Shown here: positions 36,345 through 46,768 of the stretch, in pieces
How positions within the stretch are numbered: the first letter of the stretch is position 1
How the letters are laid out: the number at the start of each line of letters is the position of its first letter
NCBI GenBank assembly: GCA_965369655.1
Contig: CBDUQR010000010.1
Location: 8,757-72,756, forward strand
From: an uncultured bacterium
GTDB lineage: Bacteria > Zixibacteria > MSB-5A5 > JAABVY01 > JAHJOQ01
Direction: 5' to 3'
DNA length: 64,000 bases
The notes under the pieces: model-generated
The model's database searches: none
Seen by the model: the letters and a program-made list of their open reading frames with translations, nothing else
What the model was told of the DNA's origin: nothing
Program-made: the position numbers and the translations under genes

Positions 36345-38711
36345 ATGCTTCGGAAGATTCTAACACTGCTCGTATGCGCCGCGATCTCGGCAACGAGTCT
36401 GGCGTCGGATATTGTTGAACGATACACTGTCTCTCTTGACGAGAGATGGAACTCATCCGGCGGGCAGCGAATTCAAACTGCAAGTTTCACATCGGTTCGT
36501 GGTCATAGCTCTCCGGTTACATCGATTCGACTCTTTCTGCCCGGCGCGGAATCTGTGCAGGATGTCCGCGTCAGCGCAACGGCAGTTGATTCAGTAGAGG
36601 TCTCTTCCATTCCGACAGTCGATGAGTTGTTCGGACTTGTCACAACGAGCGCGGAGGCTGAATACGATCCCTCAGTCATCGCTCCTGCCTCAGTCAGATT
36701 TGATGGAAACCCGGGAACGGCGATCGCTGGTATCATCAGCGTCGCTGGCGGGACATTCGTCGACGTCTGGGTTTCTCCATTTGCCGTCAACGAAGAGTCT
36801 GGCTGGTTTGTCACGGACTTCGATATCGATATGACGTATTCATCTGTTGAGATCGATCACGGGCGGGTGAATCGACCCGACGCAATTCTGTTGAGCGCTT
36901 ATGTGAAGGACGCGATTCTCCCGGATGGCAGTACAGACATGCTGTCGGGTTCGCCGATGTTCTGCTCACAGCAGATTGAGATCGAAGGATACGTCATCAT
37001 AACGTCTGATGAACTCGCCGATTCATTCCAGCCGCTGAGACATTGGAAAGCGCAGCTTGGATACGATGCATCGATCATCACGACAGAATACATCTATACA
37101 AATTATACCGGCATCGATCACCCTGAACAGATTCGCAACTTCCTGACAGATGCGTTCGACAATGGCATCAGGTGGGTTCTGCTCGGCGGCGATGAGACAG
37201 TGATTCCGATTCGCTACGCCTGCCATCTCGATACAGATGAGACGCCCGATATCGATCATCTTCAAATTTGCGATCTCTATTACGCCGATCTTACAGGCGA
37301 ATGGGATACTGACGGCGACGGCGTCTATGGCGAGCCGACTCATGACAGACCCGACTTGATACCTGAACTGTATCTCGGCAGGCTGCCTGTCGGGGATGCA
37401 ACAGAAGCCGCAATGGTCGTTGCCAAATCGCTCGCCTACGAGAGAGACCCGGGCGGCGGAGAATCAGGATTCAGCACGCGCGTCATATCCGCGACTTCCG
37501 ACCACATGCGCGACTACCACCGAGTCGGTCAGGACTCTCTCGTCGCCGAACTACTCCCCGAATATCTCGACGTCGATCTTGTATCACTCGCTGAGAATCT
37601 CTCCGGTTCCGATGAAGCGCCTGTTTCGCCGTACGCTCAGGAATTCGTGTCGGTCAGCTCGCAAGGTTACAATCTCACATATATTTTCGCCCACGGCATG
37701 GTCGACGGCTTCGTCTCAAAGTCGAGCGGATACAATCACTGGCCGAAATCCTATGTCTTCACGCGGGAATCCGCGCCTGACGGTCACGGCACACTCGCCG
37801 ATCTGACCAATTACAACAAGTTCGGGATCGTCTACTCGATCGGCTGCAACAACGGCGCGTTCGACATGGATTCGCCGCCGTTCGCGAACAGCTACCCCTG
37901 CATAGCAGAAAAGCTGCTGACAGATTCACTCTCAGGGGCGGTCGCGTTCGTCGGACATTCGAGGTGGGGATGGGTTTCGAGTTCATACAAGCTCGCTATC
38001 GAATTCAACAACTGCATTTTCGGCGCAGACAACCGGATCGCGGTTGCCAATGATTTCTCCAGGGCAGGCTATCACTACCTTCGAGACCTTGTGTATGGTC
38101 TGAATGTCTGCGGCGACCCGTCTCTCAGGATATGGACAGATACACCAAGCGAACTTTCCATGTCGACACCCGGATCGCTGGATGGTGGAGAGAACACATT
38201 CACGACTACCGTCAGTTCTGCAGGGCAGGTCATCGAGTCTGCGATTGTAACCGTAATATCGAACGGGGATGTTTTGTTTCACGGTCTGACCGGTCCCGAT
38301 GGAACGATTGATATTTCGTTCAATCTCGACGCCGGTTCATCGGTGATGCTCACGGCGAGCAAGCCGGGATACCTGCCGGTCGAATCAGAAATGGCGGACT
38401 CAACGCCGCTCGATGCCGATTCAGACGACGATGACGGGATACTCCCCTCGGCTTACAGACTCGAACAGAACTATCCGAATCCGTTCAACCCGATAACGAC
38501 GATTGCTTTCACGATTCCGCAGTCGTTAAGTGTCGGCGTTGAGGTATTCAATCTGACTGCGCAGTTAGTTTTCTCGACCGGCGTCTGTCATCTTCAGGCC
38601 GGGAATCACGAAGTCGACGTCGATGCATCTGCCTGGCCGAGCGGTATCTATTTCTACCGGATCAGAGCGGGCGGATTCACAGATATCAAAAAGATGATCC
38701 TGTTGAAGTGA
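36345..38711 (+). CDS. C25 (gingipain-like) cysteine peptidase with signal peptide and T9SS-type C-terminal domain
   Basis: VLLGGD, DLYYADL, LYLGRLP, catalytic-type FAHG and SIGC; C-terminal QNYPNPFNP..SGIYFYRI..KKMILLK. Confidence 0.88.
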   Translation: MLRKILTLLVCAAISATSLASDIVERYTVSLDERWNSSGGQRIQTASFTSVRGHSSPVTSIRLFLPGAESVQDVRVSATAVDSVEVSSIPTVDELFGLVTTSAEAEYDPSVIAPASVRFDGNPGTAIAGIISVAGGTFVDVWVSPFAVNEESGWFVTDFDIDMTYSSVEIDHGRVNRPDAILLSAYVKDAILPDGSTDMLSGSPMFCSQQIEIEGYVIITSDELADSFQPLRHWKAQLGYDASIITTEYIYTNYTGIDHPEQIRNFLTDAFDNGIRWVLLGGDETVIPIRYACHLDTDETPDIDHLQICDLYYADLTGEWDTDGDGVYGEPTHDRPDLIPELYLGRLPVGDATEAAMVVAKSLAYERDPGGGESGFSTRVISATSDHMRDYHRVGQDSLVAELLPEYLDVDLVSLAENLSGSDEAPVSPYAQEFVSVSSQGYNLTYIFAHGMVDGFVSKSSGYNHWPKSYVFTRESAPDGHGTLADLTNYNKFGIVYSIGCNNGAFDMDSPPFANSYPCIAEKLLTDSLSGAVAFVGHSRWGWVSSSYKLAIEFNNCIFGADNRIAVANDFSRAGYHYLRDLVYGLNVCGDPSLRIWTDTPSELSMSTPGSLDGGENTFTTTVSSAGQVIESAIVTVISNGDVLFHGLTGPDGTIDISFNLDAGSSVMLTASKPGYLPVESEMADSTPLDADSDDDDGILPSAYRLEQNYPNPFNPITTIAFTIPQSLSVGVEVFNLTAQLVFSTGVCHLQAGNHEVDVDASAWPSGIYFYRIRAGGFTDIKKMILLK

Positions 38712-39570
38712 ACGGGCGAACCACGGCCAGCCATACGCAGCGCAGAATGCCCGACAGTGTCAGCAGAAATGCAATCAGAATGTTCGGGAGCAGGTAGCGA
38801 ACGCCGCGATGGTGTTTGAAGAAGTATTTCACAAAGCCGCAGTGCGAGTGCAGCGTTTTTCTGAACGGCACCTGCCGAAGCGACTGACCGCCGATATGGA
38901 TGACGCTTGTGTCAGGTGTGAATAATATCTTCCCGCCCGAATCTGCGATCCTCTTGCAGTAGTCTACGTCGTTGAACAGCAACCTGAATCGGACATCGAG
39001 TTCGCCAATCCTGTCGATAACATCGCGCCTGAACATGATCGCCGAAAAATACGGCTGCTCGACAATCGTGTCTTTATCATGCGAGAACCAGCCCATTTTC
39101 CAGCGAGAGAAACGATCTGATCGCGGAAAGATATACGACAACAGCAGATGATGGTAGATAACATCCGAGTGACGGGGAAGCGTCCGACACGATCTCTGGA
39201 CAGTTCCATCCGGATTCAGAAGACGTGGAGCGACAGCCATAAATTCCGGACTCTGTCTCAGCTTGTCCACGAGAATGGCTATGGCGTCGCGCTGAAGCTC
39301 CGTGTCCTGATTCAGCAGAAACAGGAAGTCCCCGTCGGCAGCAAGCAACCCGCGATTGACAGACGCGGCATAGCCGAGGTTTTTCCGGTTCGTGATGATC
39401 TCCACATCGGAGAACTCAGATCCGACCATCGCTCCGGCGCCATCCGGAGAGGCGTCATCGACGACGATGACCTGCAACTCGAATTCGATCTGTGATTTCA
39501 GAACGCTTTGCAGGCACTTGCCGATAACATTTCGTCCGAGATAGAGTGGGATCATCACGGATACACGCAT
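38686..39570 (-). CDS. Glycosyltransferase family 2 (WbbL-like)
   Basis: VVDDASPD, NLGYAASVNRG, LLNQD, DVDYC. Confidence 0.9.
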   Translation of the reverse strand: MRVSVMIPLYLGRNVIGKCLQSVLKSQIEFELQVIVVDDASPDGAGAMVGSEFSDVEIITNRKNLGYAASVNRGLLAADGDFLFLLNQDTELQRDAIAILVDKLRQSPEFMAVAPRLLNPDGTVQRSCRTLPRHSDVIYHHLLLSYIFPRSDRFSRWKMGWFSHDKDTIVEQPYFSAIMFRRDVIDRIGELDVRFRLLFNDVDYCKRIADSGGKILFTPDTSVIHIGGQSLRQVPFRKTLHSHCGFVKYFFKHHRGVRYLLPNILIAFLLTLSGILRCVWLAVVRPFTSTGSSF

Positions 39571-40841
39571 CAGCGAATCACACTCCTGAGTATTTCGTCC
39601 ATTCCTGACGCTATCCGGGACCAGCTATACTCGTCGATGCCATTTCTCCTGCCGATGACAACCCGTGGAGTGGCAGCGAGTTCAGATATCCGCCGGTCCC
39701 ACGTATCGAGAGTCGATGCATCGATCAGGATCGTGTGATCAAACGATGATAGCAGATTCCATGCTGAACCCTCCCTCGGAACCACTCCGATCACCGGTTT
39801 AGCTTCACGGAGAGCTTCGTATATCTTGCCCGGTATTGTCGACTCCAGATGCGCATCAGGTGCAAGCGTAACAAGGCTGGCATCGCAATAGTGCATCGCT
39901 GCGACAGCATCGGCGTGATTGAGATAGCCGTGCAGATGTACGAGTACTCCTGTTGGATCGATCTCTCTGATCCGTCGTTCGATCCAACCGCTGACCACGC
40001 CGTAGATATGCAGTTGGAGGTCATGCTCTCCGGCACTGCCGATAAGAGCCTCGAACAACCGGGGAACATAAGTCAGTTCATTGAGACTTCCGCAGTATGC
40101 GATGCGAAATGCGTTATCGTCTTTCGCAGTCGGACCGATTGCAGAGAACATCGTTTCGTCGTATCCGTTGGGAACGAGATGCATCTCCGGAATCATACTA
40201 TCAGACTCGGTACGAAGGCTCTCCATGTGTCCGTGCGAAACCAGTGTGAGCGCATCGGCATTGCGGTAGATCGATTCCCTGAGACTATCATACAAGCGCC
40301 TGTGGAGCGGAGTTCTGAAGCGCAGTCTCGATTGTGAGAACCAGACATCGCGAAAATCGGATACCCATCCAATGCCGTAGAGCTTGCTTATCAGGCCTCC
40401 AACGAGATGAATCGACGGTGGAGGCGAACTCGTCAGAACAACATCCGGCCTCGTGCGCTCGATCAACGCGGGCAGTGAACGAATCATGTTCAACGCAGCG
40501 ACGATCTTGTTGTCTGGCAACATCAGCCAGCCGGAAAGCCCTGCTGTTGATTTTGGCGATTGGGGACCGGACGACGCGCTCCTGAATGCCCGCACGAGAG
40601 ATGAAGGCGCGAGCGGATTGACACGGTGAATAGTTGTATCGCGCGGAATCTCATCGAGCAACGTCTTATCATACGCAGGATAGTCTACAGGTCGAACAGT
40701 CAGGACTGTCACCTTCCATCCAAGCTCTGAGAGATGCCGCACGAGATACGTCGCCCGCTGGACCCCGCCCATGCCGAGAGGCGGGAAATAGTAGGTGACG
40801 TACAGAAGGCTATTTCGCCGTGGTCCTGACAATGCTCTCAA
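39570..40841 (-). CDS. Glycosyltransferase family 4
   Basis: YYFPPLGMGGVQR, SSPPPS, DFRD, VPNGYD, PGKIYE; true start may be slightly downstream. Confidence 0.85.
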   Translation of the reverse strand: MRALSGPRRNSLLYVTYYFPPLGMGGVQRATYLVRHLSELGWKVTVLTVRPVDYPAYDKTLLDEIPRDTTIHRVNPLAPSSLVRAFRSASSGPQSPKSTAGLSGWLMLPDNKIVAALNMIRSLPALIERTRPDVVLTSSPPPSIHLVGGLISKLYGIGWVSDFRDVWFSQSRLRFRTPLHRRLYDSLRESIYRNADALTLVSHGHMESLRTESDSMIPEMHLVPNGYDETMFSAIGPTAKDDNAFRIAYCGSLNELTYVPRLFEALIGSAGEHDLQLHIYGVVSGWIERRIREIDPTGVLVHLHGYLNHADAVAAMHYCDASLVTLAPDAHLESTIPGKIYEALREAKPVIGVVPREGSAWNLLSSFDHTILIDASTLDTWDRRISELAATPRVVIGRRNGIDEYSWSRIASGMDEILRSVIR

Positions 40842-41883
40842 ACGCCCTTTCGATTACGGCCATGTTATCTTCCCAGACCGCTCGCGTTTCGACTGTCGCT
40901 CTGTTGGCTGACGATGCGCGGTTTCTGAGATCGCTGTCATCGGCAGCCCTGAGCAGGCAGGATGCGAGCGAATCAATGTCGCCGGGAGGAAAGGTCAACG
41001 CGGTAGCTGAGTCCTCAATCCATTCCAGATTACCAGGAATATCTGTTACAACCGGCAACGCGCCCGCCGACATCGCATCGAGGAGGGATACCGAGGTCGA
41101 GTCGGATTTTGAACAAGAGACATATATATCTGCCGACTGGAGCAGCTCTTCATATTCGCGTCCATCTTTGAAACCGACGAACTCAACATTGTCGAGTCTA
41201 AGTTGCGCGACGAGAGATTCAAGTCGATCACGTTCGGAACCATCTCCGCATATCACGCATCTGTACGGAGGAAGCTTGCTTTTCAATCTGTCCAGAGCAT
41301 GCAGGAGCAGTTGCACATCGTAGAGCGGTTCGAGTCTTCGCGTCGAGAGAATGTTCAGCGGCGCATCGCTCTTCCCCACGGATGAACGACCGATACGCTT
41401 CAACTGTGCCGATGGAATTCCCATCGGCTGAGTCACGAACTCAGCATCAAAATCGCCAAGATTTCGCGCTGTTTCTGTCATGAACATACTGTCCGACGTG
41501 ATTATATCGGCATTGCCCAGCACCCAGCGCACGCGGGCGCGGTGCAGTCTCGATTTCGCAGGCGATACGAGAATATCAGAACCCCACAGCGACACTGCCA
41601 CTGGCTTGAAGCCGGTCGCAACAGCGAGCACGCCGTAACTCGTGGCGAAATGCCCGTTGATCAGATCGGGACGGAACTCCCTGATTATCCGACGGACTCT
41701 TGCCCGTTCGAGATAGTACTTGAATGCCTCTATCGGTACGCGGCTCTCGATCAGCACATAGTCCCGGTCAGTCGCATCGACCTGAAGCGAAACAGTCTGC
41801 ACTGCGTGGCCTCTGTCTTTGAAGTAATCGCGCCATCGTTTCAGGTGGGGCGGCCCGATATCTCCGAGCAGCAGCAACCTCAT
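40810..41883 (-). CDS. Glycosyltransferase family 4
   Basis: WGSDI, RRLEPLY, SLLDAMSAG..VVTDIPGN. Confidence 0.88.
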   Translation of the reverse strand: MRLLLLGDIGPPHLKRWRDYFKDRGHAVQTVSLQVDATDRDYVLIESRVPIEAFKYYLERARVRRIIREFRPDLINGHFATSYGVLAVATGFKPVAVSLWGSDILVSPAKSRLHRARVRWVLGNADIITSDSMFMTETARNLGDFDAEFVTQPMGIPSAQLKRIGRSSVGKSDAPLNILSTRRLEPLYDVQLLLHALDRLKSKLPPYRCVICGDGSERDRLESLVAQLRLDNVEFVGFKDGREYEELLQSADIYVSCSKSDSTSVSLLDAMSAGALPVVTDIPGNLEWIEDSATALTFPPGDIDSLASCLLRAADDSDLRNRASSANRATVETRAVWEDNMAVIERAFESIVRTTAK

Positions 41884-42854
41884 TATTTGATTCGCCCCCT
41901 GAGATTCTTCAGACCGCCGTACAGCTTTTTCTGACGGTCATATTCATAATACGACACTTGCTCAGCCCCCCAGCCTTCTTTGAATCCGACAAGGTTGTCG
42001 GCGCCCGATGGACTCGCGCCGAAGTTCAGCATGCGAACGCCGTCATGTCTGAAGCCGAGTATATTGAACCAAAACAGATGGAAGTTAGCTCGCATGTCGA
42101 GTCCGATCTCGCTCGAGCAGCCATCCCAATAGATCGCCTCGTTGTTCCATGTGAAATATATGTGCCCGCAGCAGGCGCAATCACCGGCGTATACGATCTG
42201 CCAGATCAGGCTGTCGCTCGAAACAGTTGACAGCATATCCATATAGAACGCGAGATCATATCTCGGTTTCGATCCATGCCGGTCGGCGCTCTCTTTCACG
42301 AGTGAGAAATACGCCTCGACATCAGCGGTCGACCTTACCGGTACGACAGCGAAATCGGTCCTGGCAGTCTTATCGAGGTTCCTGCGATGGTTGTTCGACA
42401 GGTTGCGGTGCAGTATCACCTCGTCAGCATCGATACCAAGAACATGTGTTGTCAAAACGTTGCGCACGAACCCGGAGTACGCATTGTTCTTTTCGGAGGC
42501 ATATTCTACGACATTGACCCTGTCGATATCCTGCTCATCGCACCAGCGAATGAACTCCCGCGTCAACTCTGCTGTCATATCGTCATCACCGAGACTGACA
42601 GCGCCGCCGTAGGTGCCCATCGGCATCGAATAACACTCACTGAATCCGAGCCTGCTCCTGCGACAGAATGGAAAGTATGCTAAGGTCCGATTACCGGATT
42701 CAAGCAGACAGATTGCGCCTTTGTATCCGGGACGGCCATTCCACAGCGTCAGCCAGTCACAGCCCTGAAAAAACGTCCCTCGTTTCCGCGAAGGGTTCAT
42801 CTCCTCGACCGCAGCCGACGCTTCGCCCCCCATGAGAACGACCGATCGAGACAT
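41883..42854 (-). CDS. GNAT/FemAB-like acyltransferase (polysaccharide-associated)
   Basis: SMPMGTYGG, RRNLDK, LNFGAS, FKEGWGA. Confidence 0.8.
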   Translation of the reverse strand: MSRSVVLMGGEASAAVEEMNPSRKRGTFFQGCDWLTLWNGRPGYKGAICLLESGNRTLAYFPFCRRSRLGFSECYSMPMGTYGGAVSLGDDDMTAELTREFIRWCDEQDIDRVNVVEYASEKNNAYSGFVRNVLTTHVLGIDADEVILHRNLSNNHRRNLDKTARTDFAVVPVRSTADVEAYFSLVKESADRHGSKPRYDLAFYMDMLSTVSSDSLIWQIVYAGDCACCGHIYFTWNNEAIYWDGCSSEIGLDMRANFHLFWFNILGFRHDGVRMLNFGASPSGADNLVGFKEGWGAEQVSYYEYDRQKKLYGGLKNLRGRIK

Positions 42855-42856
42855 CG

Positions 42857-45091
42857 CTACTTTCTGATCACGGCTATCTTGCCGGTGTGGCTCTCGCCTT
42901 CGGGTGTGACTATGTAAAACAAGTACAGTCCGCCGGCGACGAATTGACCGCCTTCGTTGCGACCATCCCAGCCCCCTGTGTTAGAAATCCCCTCCCTGAC
43001 AAGTTCACCCGAGAGGGTGAATATGCGAACCTCAGTTGTCCCCTTGAAATTGAAACGCACGCCTCCCGGAATTTCGAGGAGGTGGTCCGGGATGATGAAC
43101 GGGTTCGGGTATGCGAACACTTCTTCGATATCACTCGTGAAAACCCCGGCATCGATGTCGAGCCGCGACAAACCTGTCGATGTGCCAATCCAGAGGTACT
43201 CATCAGCGCCGAAAAAGAGCGATGTTATCTCGTCTCCGGCGATGCCGCTGTTGGCTGTGGTATATATCTCCATACTCGAACCATCGGCAGGAATCAATAC
43301 AAGACCGCTCGAAGTGCCGACCCAGAGATTGCTGAACGGATCCGATTCGAGTGCGTTGATCTGAGGGCTTGCGCCCGACGGCAGTTCGATTCGCCTGAAC
43401 CTGTCGATACCTTCGTCGTAGTATGCGAGGCCCGCATTCGTGCCGATCCATACCGTGAATGCATCGAAACCGATCTCGCCCTCATTCCTGACGCTCGATA
43501 TCACCCGGATGTTATCTGATGGAAGATTGTAATTGATCGTATCCTGAGTGCTGTACTGCCTGCTGGTTATATTGGCGTGGTCGAACGGATCGTCGCCGAA
43601 TGTTGTCCGGAACAGTCCCGAATTCTCATAACCCGTCCACAGGACATCACCGACAACGTGTATTGCCTGAATAAAATGATCGGTAAGACCATCGTGATTC
43701 GTGTAGTAATCCCACATATCGATAGCAGGATCATAGAAGCTCACGGGACGCATCGGATGACCACGGTAGCAGGTGAACCACAATCTCCCCGCATCATCAA
43801 GGTCGATATCGGTGACGACAACGTAATGCAGACCGTCGGAATTGCCATACAGGCTGCTGTTGGTTGTATCGTATTTGACAACTGAATCCCCGGATATCCT
43901 GAAAGCGCCGTTCTGCCATGTGCCGATCCAGACGTCGTCGTTTCGATCCACCACAAGATCGCGTTGTCCGCCATCTGATTTCGGCAGTTCGATATGTTCC
44001 CAGTTTTCACCATCGAAACTCGACACATCCGGTTCCTTGACAATGACCCAAATCTTTCCGTCACTCTCCCCTCCCACCGCGACAATTGCATTTGATGCCG
44101 GGCCGGGAATAACAACATTGTCCCAGTCTCCGCCGGAGCCTCTTACAAATATCCCGTCGGCCTCGGTTCCGACCACCAGATATGTCGCATCGAGCGAGAC
44201 CTGAAATGTTACATCATCGAGCCCGAAAATATCCAGCGCAGTGATCGATGATCCGTCGTACACAAACAGGCTGTCAGTTGTCGTGATATGAGCGGTGTTG
44301 CCAACCAGCCGAAGTTCGGACACCTGCTGTGAGTCAAGGCCTGCAAGCTCCCACGCAAACCACAAACCATCCCGAAACAGGCGAAAGAGCCCTGACGCAG
44401 TGCCCACCAGCGGATCGTTCTGCCATAGCAGTATGTTCGCGATATCGTCCTGCGGATAGCCGGTGGAATTCGAAGCGGTAGCTGTCGTCCAGTGATTGAA
44501 ATCCTGTAGAAACTGATCATCAGCGTCGGCGAAAGCCACTCCCTCACGGCTCGCTGCGGCCAGCAGGTCGCCGTAGATCGAGATGGAGAGGATCGGAGTC
44601 TCGACGGTGAAATCGCCAAGACGCCGGTATGTTTCCTTCACCTCGCCGCCGTTTCTATACATATCGAACTTGCTGATGCCAATCTCGGTGGCAATCCAGA
44701 TGAAGTCGCCGTAATGCGCCATGTCGTTTATCGAGACAGCGTTACCGTCGCGGTCTCGCAACAGAAATATCCTGAAGTCCCCTTGCAGGGGATCGAATCG
44801 GGAAAGCTTGCCGGTAGTCGATCCGAACCAGAGGTAGCCTCCCGCAGCGATTCCTGATACGATGTCGTTATCGCCCAAGCCTTCCGAATTCGTGTACTTC
44901 ACCAGGTCGCTTCCATCCGGGTTGAACCGCAGCACACCGCCGCTTGTCCCCGCCCAGATGCGCCCGTCATATTCGACCAGACATGTCGCCTTCCTGGAGT
45001 CCGTATATGTTTTCCAGGAGATAGCGTGTGTCGAGTCGATGGCGAAAAGCGTCACCAGGATGGCAGCTATTATAGATAATACCGGCTTCAT
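42857..45091 (-). CDS. PorZ-like beta-propeller protein with T9SS-type C-terminal Ig domain
   Basis: Signal peptide from ATG 45091; repeated W(I/V)GTxxG propeller blades; C-terminal AYPNPF..IFTLSGELVR..WDGRN..GLYLF..GKIAVIR. Confidence 0.78.
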   Translation of the reverse strand: MKPVLSIIAAILVTLFAIDSTHAISWKTYTDSRKATCLVEYDGRIWAGTSGGVLRFNPDGSDLVKYTNSEGLGDNDIVSGIAAGGYLWFGSTTGKLSRFDPLQGDFRIFLLRDRDGNAVSINDMAHYGDFIWIATEIGISKFDMYRNGGEVKETYRRLGDFTVETPILSISIYGDLLAAASREGVAFADADDQFLQDFNHWTTATASNSTGYPQDDIANILLWQNDPLVGTASGLFRLFRDGLWFAWELAGLDSQQVSELRLVGNTAHITTTDSLFVYDGSSITALDIFGLDDVTFQVSLDATYLVVGTEADGIFVRGSGGDWDNVVIPGPASNAIVAVGGESDGKIWVIVKEPDVSSFDGENWEHIELPKSDGGQRDLVVDRNDDVWIGTWQNGAFRISGDSVVKYDTTNSSLYGNSDGLHYVVVTDIDLDDAGRLWFTCYRGHPMRPVSFYDPAIDMWDYYTNHDGLTDHFIQAIHVVGDVLWTGYENSGLFRTTFGDDPFDHANITSRQYSTQDTINYNLPSDNIRVISSVRNEGEIGFDAFTVWIGTNAGLAYYDEGIDRFRRIELPSGASPQINALESDPFSNLWVGTSSGLVLIPADGSSMEIYTTANSGIAGDEITSLFFGADEYLWIGTSTGLSRLDIDAGVFTSDIEEVFAYPNPFIIPDHLLEIPGGVRFNFKGTTEVRIFTLSGELVREGISNTGGWDGRNEGGQFVAGGLYLFYIVTPEGESHTGKIAVIRK

Positions 45092-45092
45092 A

Positions 45093-46646
45093 CTATACAC
45101 TGAATAGTTTAACAACGACGCCGACCAAAAGAAACAGAAAAGTGATAAGTACGCACAGCTTCGGCAGCCAATATCCATGCTTTGTGAAAAATGTCAACTC
45201 GGAAACCCTGCCTATCCTTTCGTAGACTATCGTCCTCTCCCAGAGATCGCTGCGACCATGCTTCTTTCCATACGGGTCCGTCGTGAAAGTAAACCCCGAA
45301 TTGGCGCATCTCGCTATCCACACCCTGTTCTCAATTGCGCGAAACGGCGTCATCTGCATGTGCTGATACGGCCCGGCAGTCTTGCCGAACCATGTGTCGT
45401 TGGTGATCGTAACGAGAAAATCGGCTCCCCTGTTCACATAGCTGCGCGCAAGATCGGCAAACGCCAACTCAAAACAGATCAGGCAGGCATAGTCCCCCTT
45501 CGGATGCCGGAACAGCAGCAAAGTATCACCCGACGAGAAATCAGACTGTCCGAGATCGATCTTCTTCACGAGCGGGAAATAGTCCGCATACGGGACCCGC
45601 TCGGAGAACGGAACCAGTTCGATTTTCTTATACGGAATCTGAACTTGTCCGTTCGGTGTAAACTGATAGCAGCCATTGTAATATTCGCCTCTCTCACCGG
45701 CTCTACCCTGATCATAGATCAGCGTTCCGACAAGCATATACGTTTCGAGATCGGAAGCCAGCGTGGCAAGCCGGTGGTAGTACATGTGTTCGAGTTCAAG
45801 ATACATCGGCGCCGCTGTCTCTGGCCAGATAATCAGGTCAACGCCGTTTGAGTCGGCCTCGCGCGTCAGGCTGTCGTAAATATGAATATTGTAGTCGCGC
45901 AACGCTCGATCCCATTTGATCTCGAGCGGGAAATGCCCTTGCAGGAGCGCAACACTTATATCATCATCAGATTCCGTCAAGTCTGGATCGTAAAGGAGAG
46001 CACCAGCAAAAAGACCCGCAATGGCGATTGAGCTTGCGATCACGATTTTTCTTCTTTGACTCCAAGCCGCGTATATCAGCAGGTTTACCACGCACAGCCA
46101 GAATGATATTCCGAGATCGCCCCAGATATCCGCAGTCTGGATCAGCGGCAGATAGCTCGATTGCGTGTAGCACAGGAACGCCCATGGGAATGCGAACTGC
46201 GACAGCGTGCGGATGTATTCGACCGACGTCCACACGAATGGCAGGAACATGATGAATACCCGGTGTCTCCGGTACAACCAGCAAAACGCCCCGAATATCA
46301 TCGCATAGAATAGCGAATGCAAAACCGCCATTCCGACGAAACAGAATAGACCATAGACAGTCTTGGTCAACAGCGGATGAATTATCGTGACGCCCTGGGA
46401 GCTGTTGAATGCGAAGCTCGCCACCCAGTGCAGGGTGAATACTGTGATCTCAAAACCGAACAGATAACCGAGCCGAAACCCTGACTTAAAACCCTTGTCT
46501 CTGGCCACAACCAGGAGTGGGACAAGACAGAACCAGGCGAGGAATCCGAACGACAGCGGCGCGAAACCGGCTGAGAAAAGAACAGCCGACAAAAGCACGA
46601 GCCGCTTGTCTCTATCCAGAACAAGCATTTTCAGGAATTCATACAT
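45093..46646 (-). CDS. lnt: Apolipoprotein N-acyltransferase
   Basis: FPW, WPETA, K..LVPFSE, ICFE, TNDTWFG, RAIENR. Confidence 0.93.
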   Translation of the reverse strand: MYEFLKMLVLDRDKRLVLLSAVLFSAGFAPLSFGFLAWFCLVPLLVVARDKGFKSGFRLGYLFGFEITVFTLHWVASFAFNSSQGVTIIHPLLTKTVYGLFCFVGMAVLHSLFYAMIFGAFCWLYRRHRVFIMFLPFVWTSVEYIRTLSQFAFPWAFLCYTQSSYLPLIQTADIWGDLGISFWLCVVNLLIYAAWSQRRKIVIASSIAIAGLFAGALLYDPDLTESDDDISVALLQGHFPLEIKWDRALRDYNIHIYDSLTREADSNGVDLIIWPETAAPMYLELEHMYYHRLATLASDLETYMLVGTLIYDQGRAGERGEYYNGCYQFTPNGQVQIPYKKIELVPFSERVPYADYFPLVKKIDLGQSDFSSGDTLLLFRHPKGDYACLICFELAFADLARSYVNRGADFLVTITNDTWFGKTAGPYQHMQMTPFRAIENRVWIARCANSGFTFTTDPYGKKHGRSDLWERTIVYERIGRVSELTFFTKHGYWLPKLCVLITFLFLLVGVVVKLFSV

Positions 46647-46768
46647 GCGCACGGCTATTCTACGGATGAAACACTCTCCCGATTATGATTGATCGAGACG
46701 ATATTGATTCTGACAAACAAGTCAGGAGTCTGAGTATTAGCAATCAAAAAGTAGGCGTGGTGGTGGTG

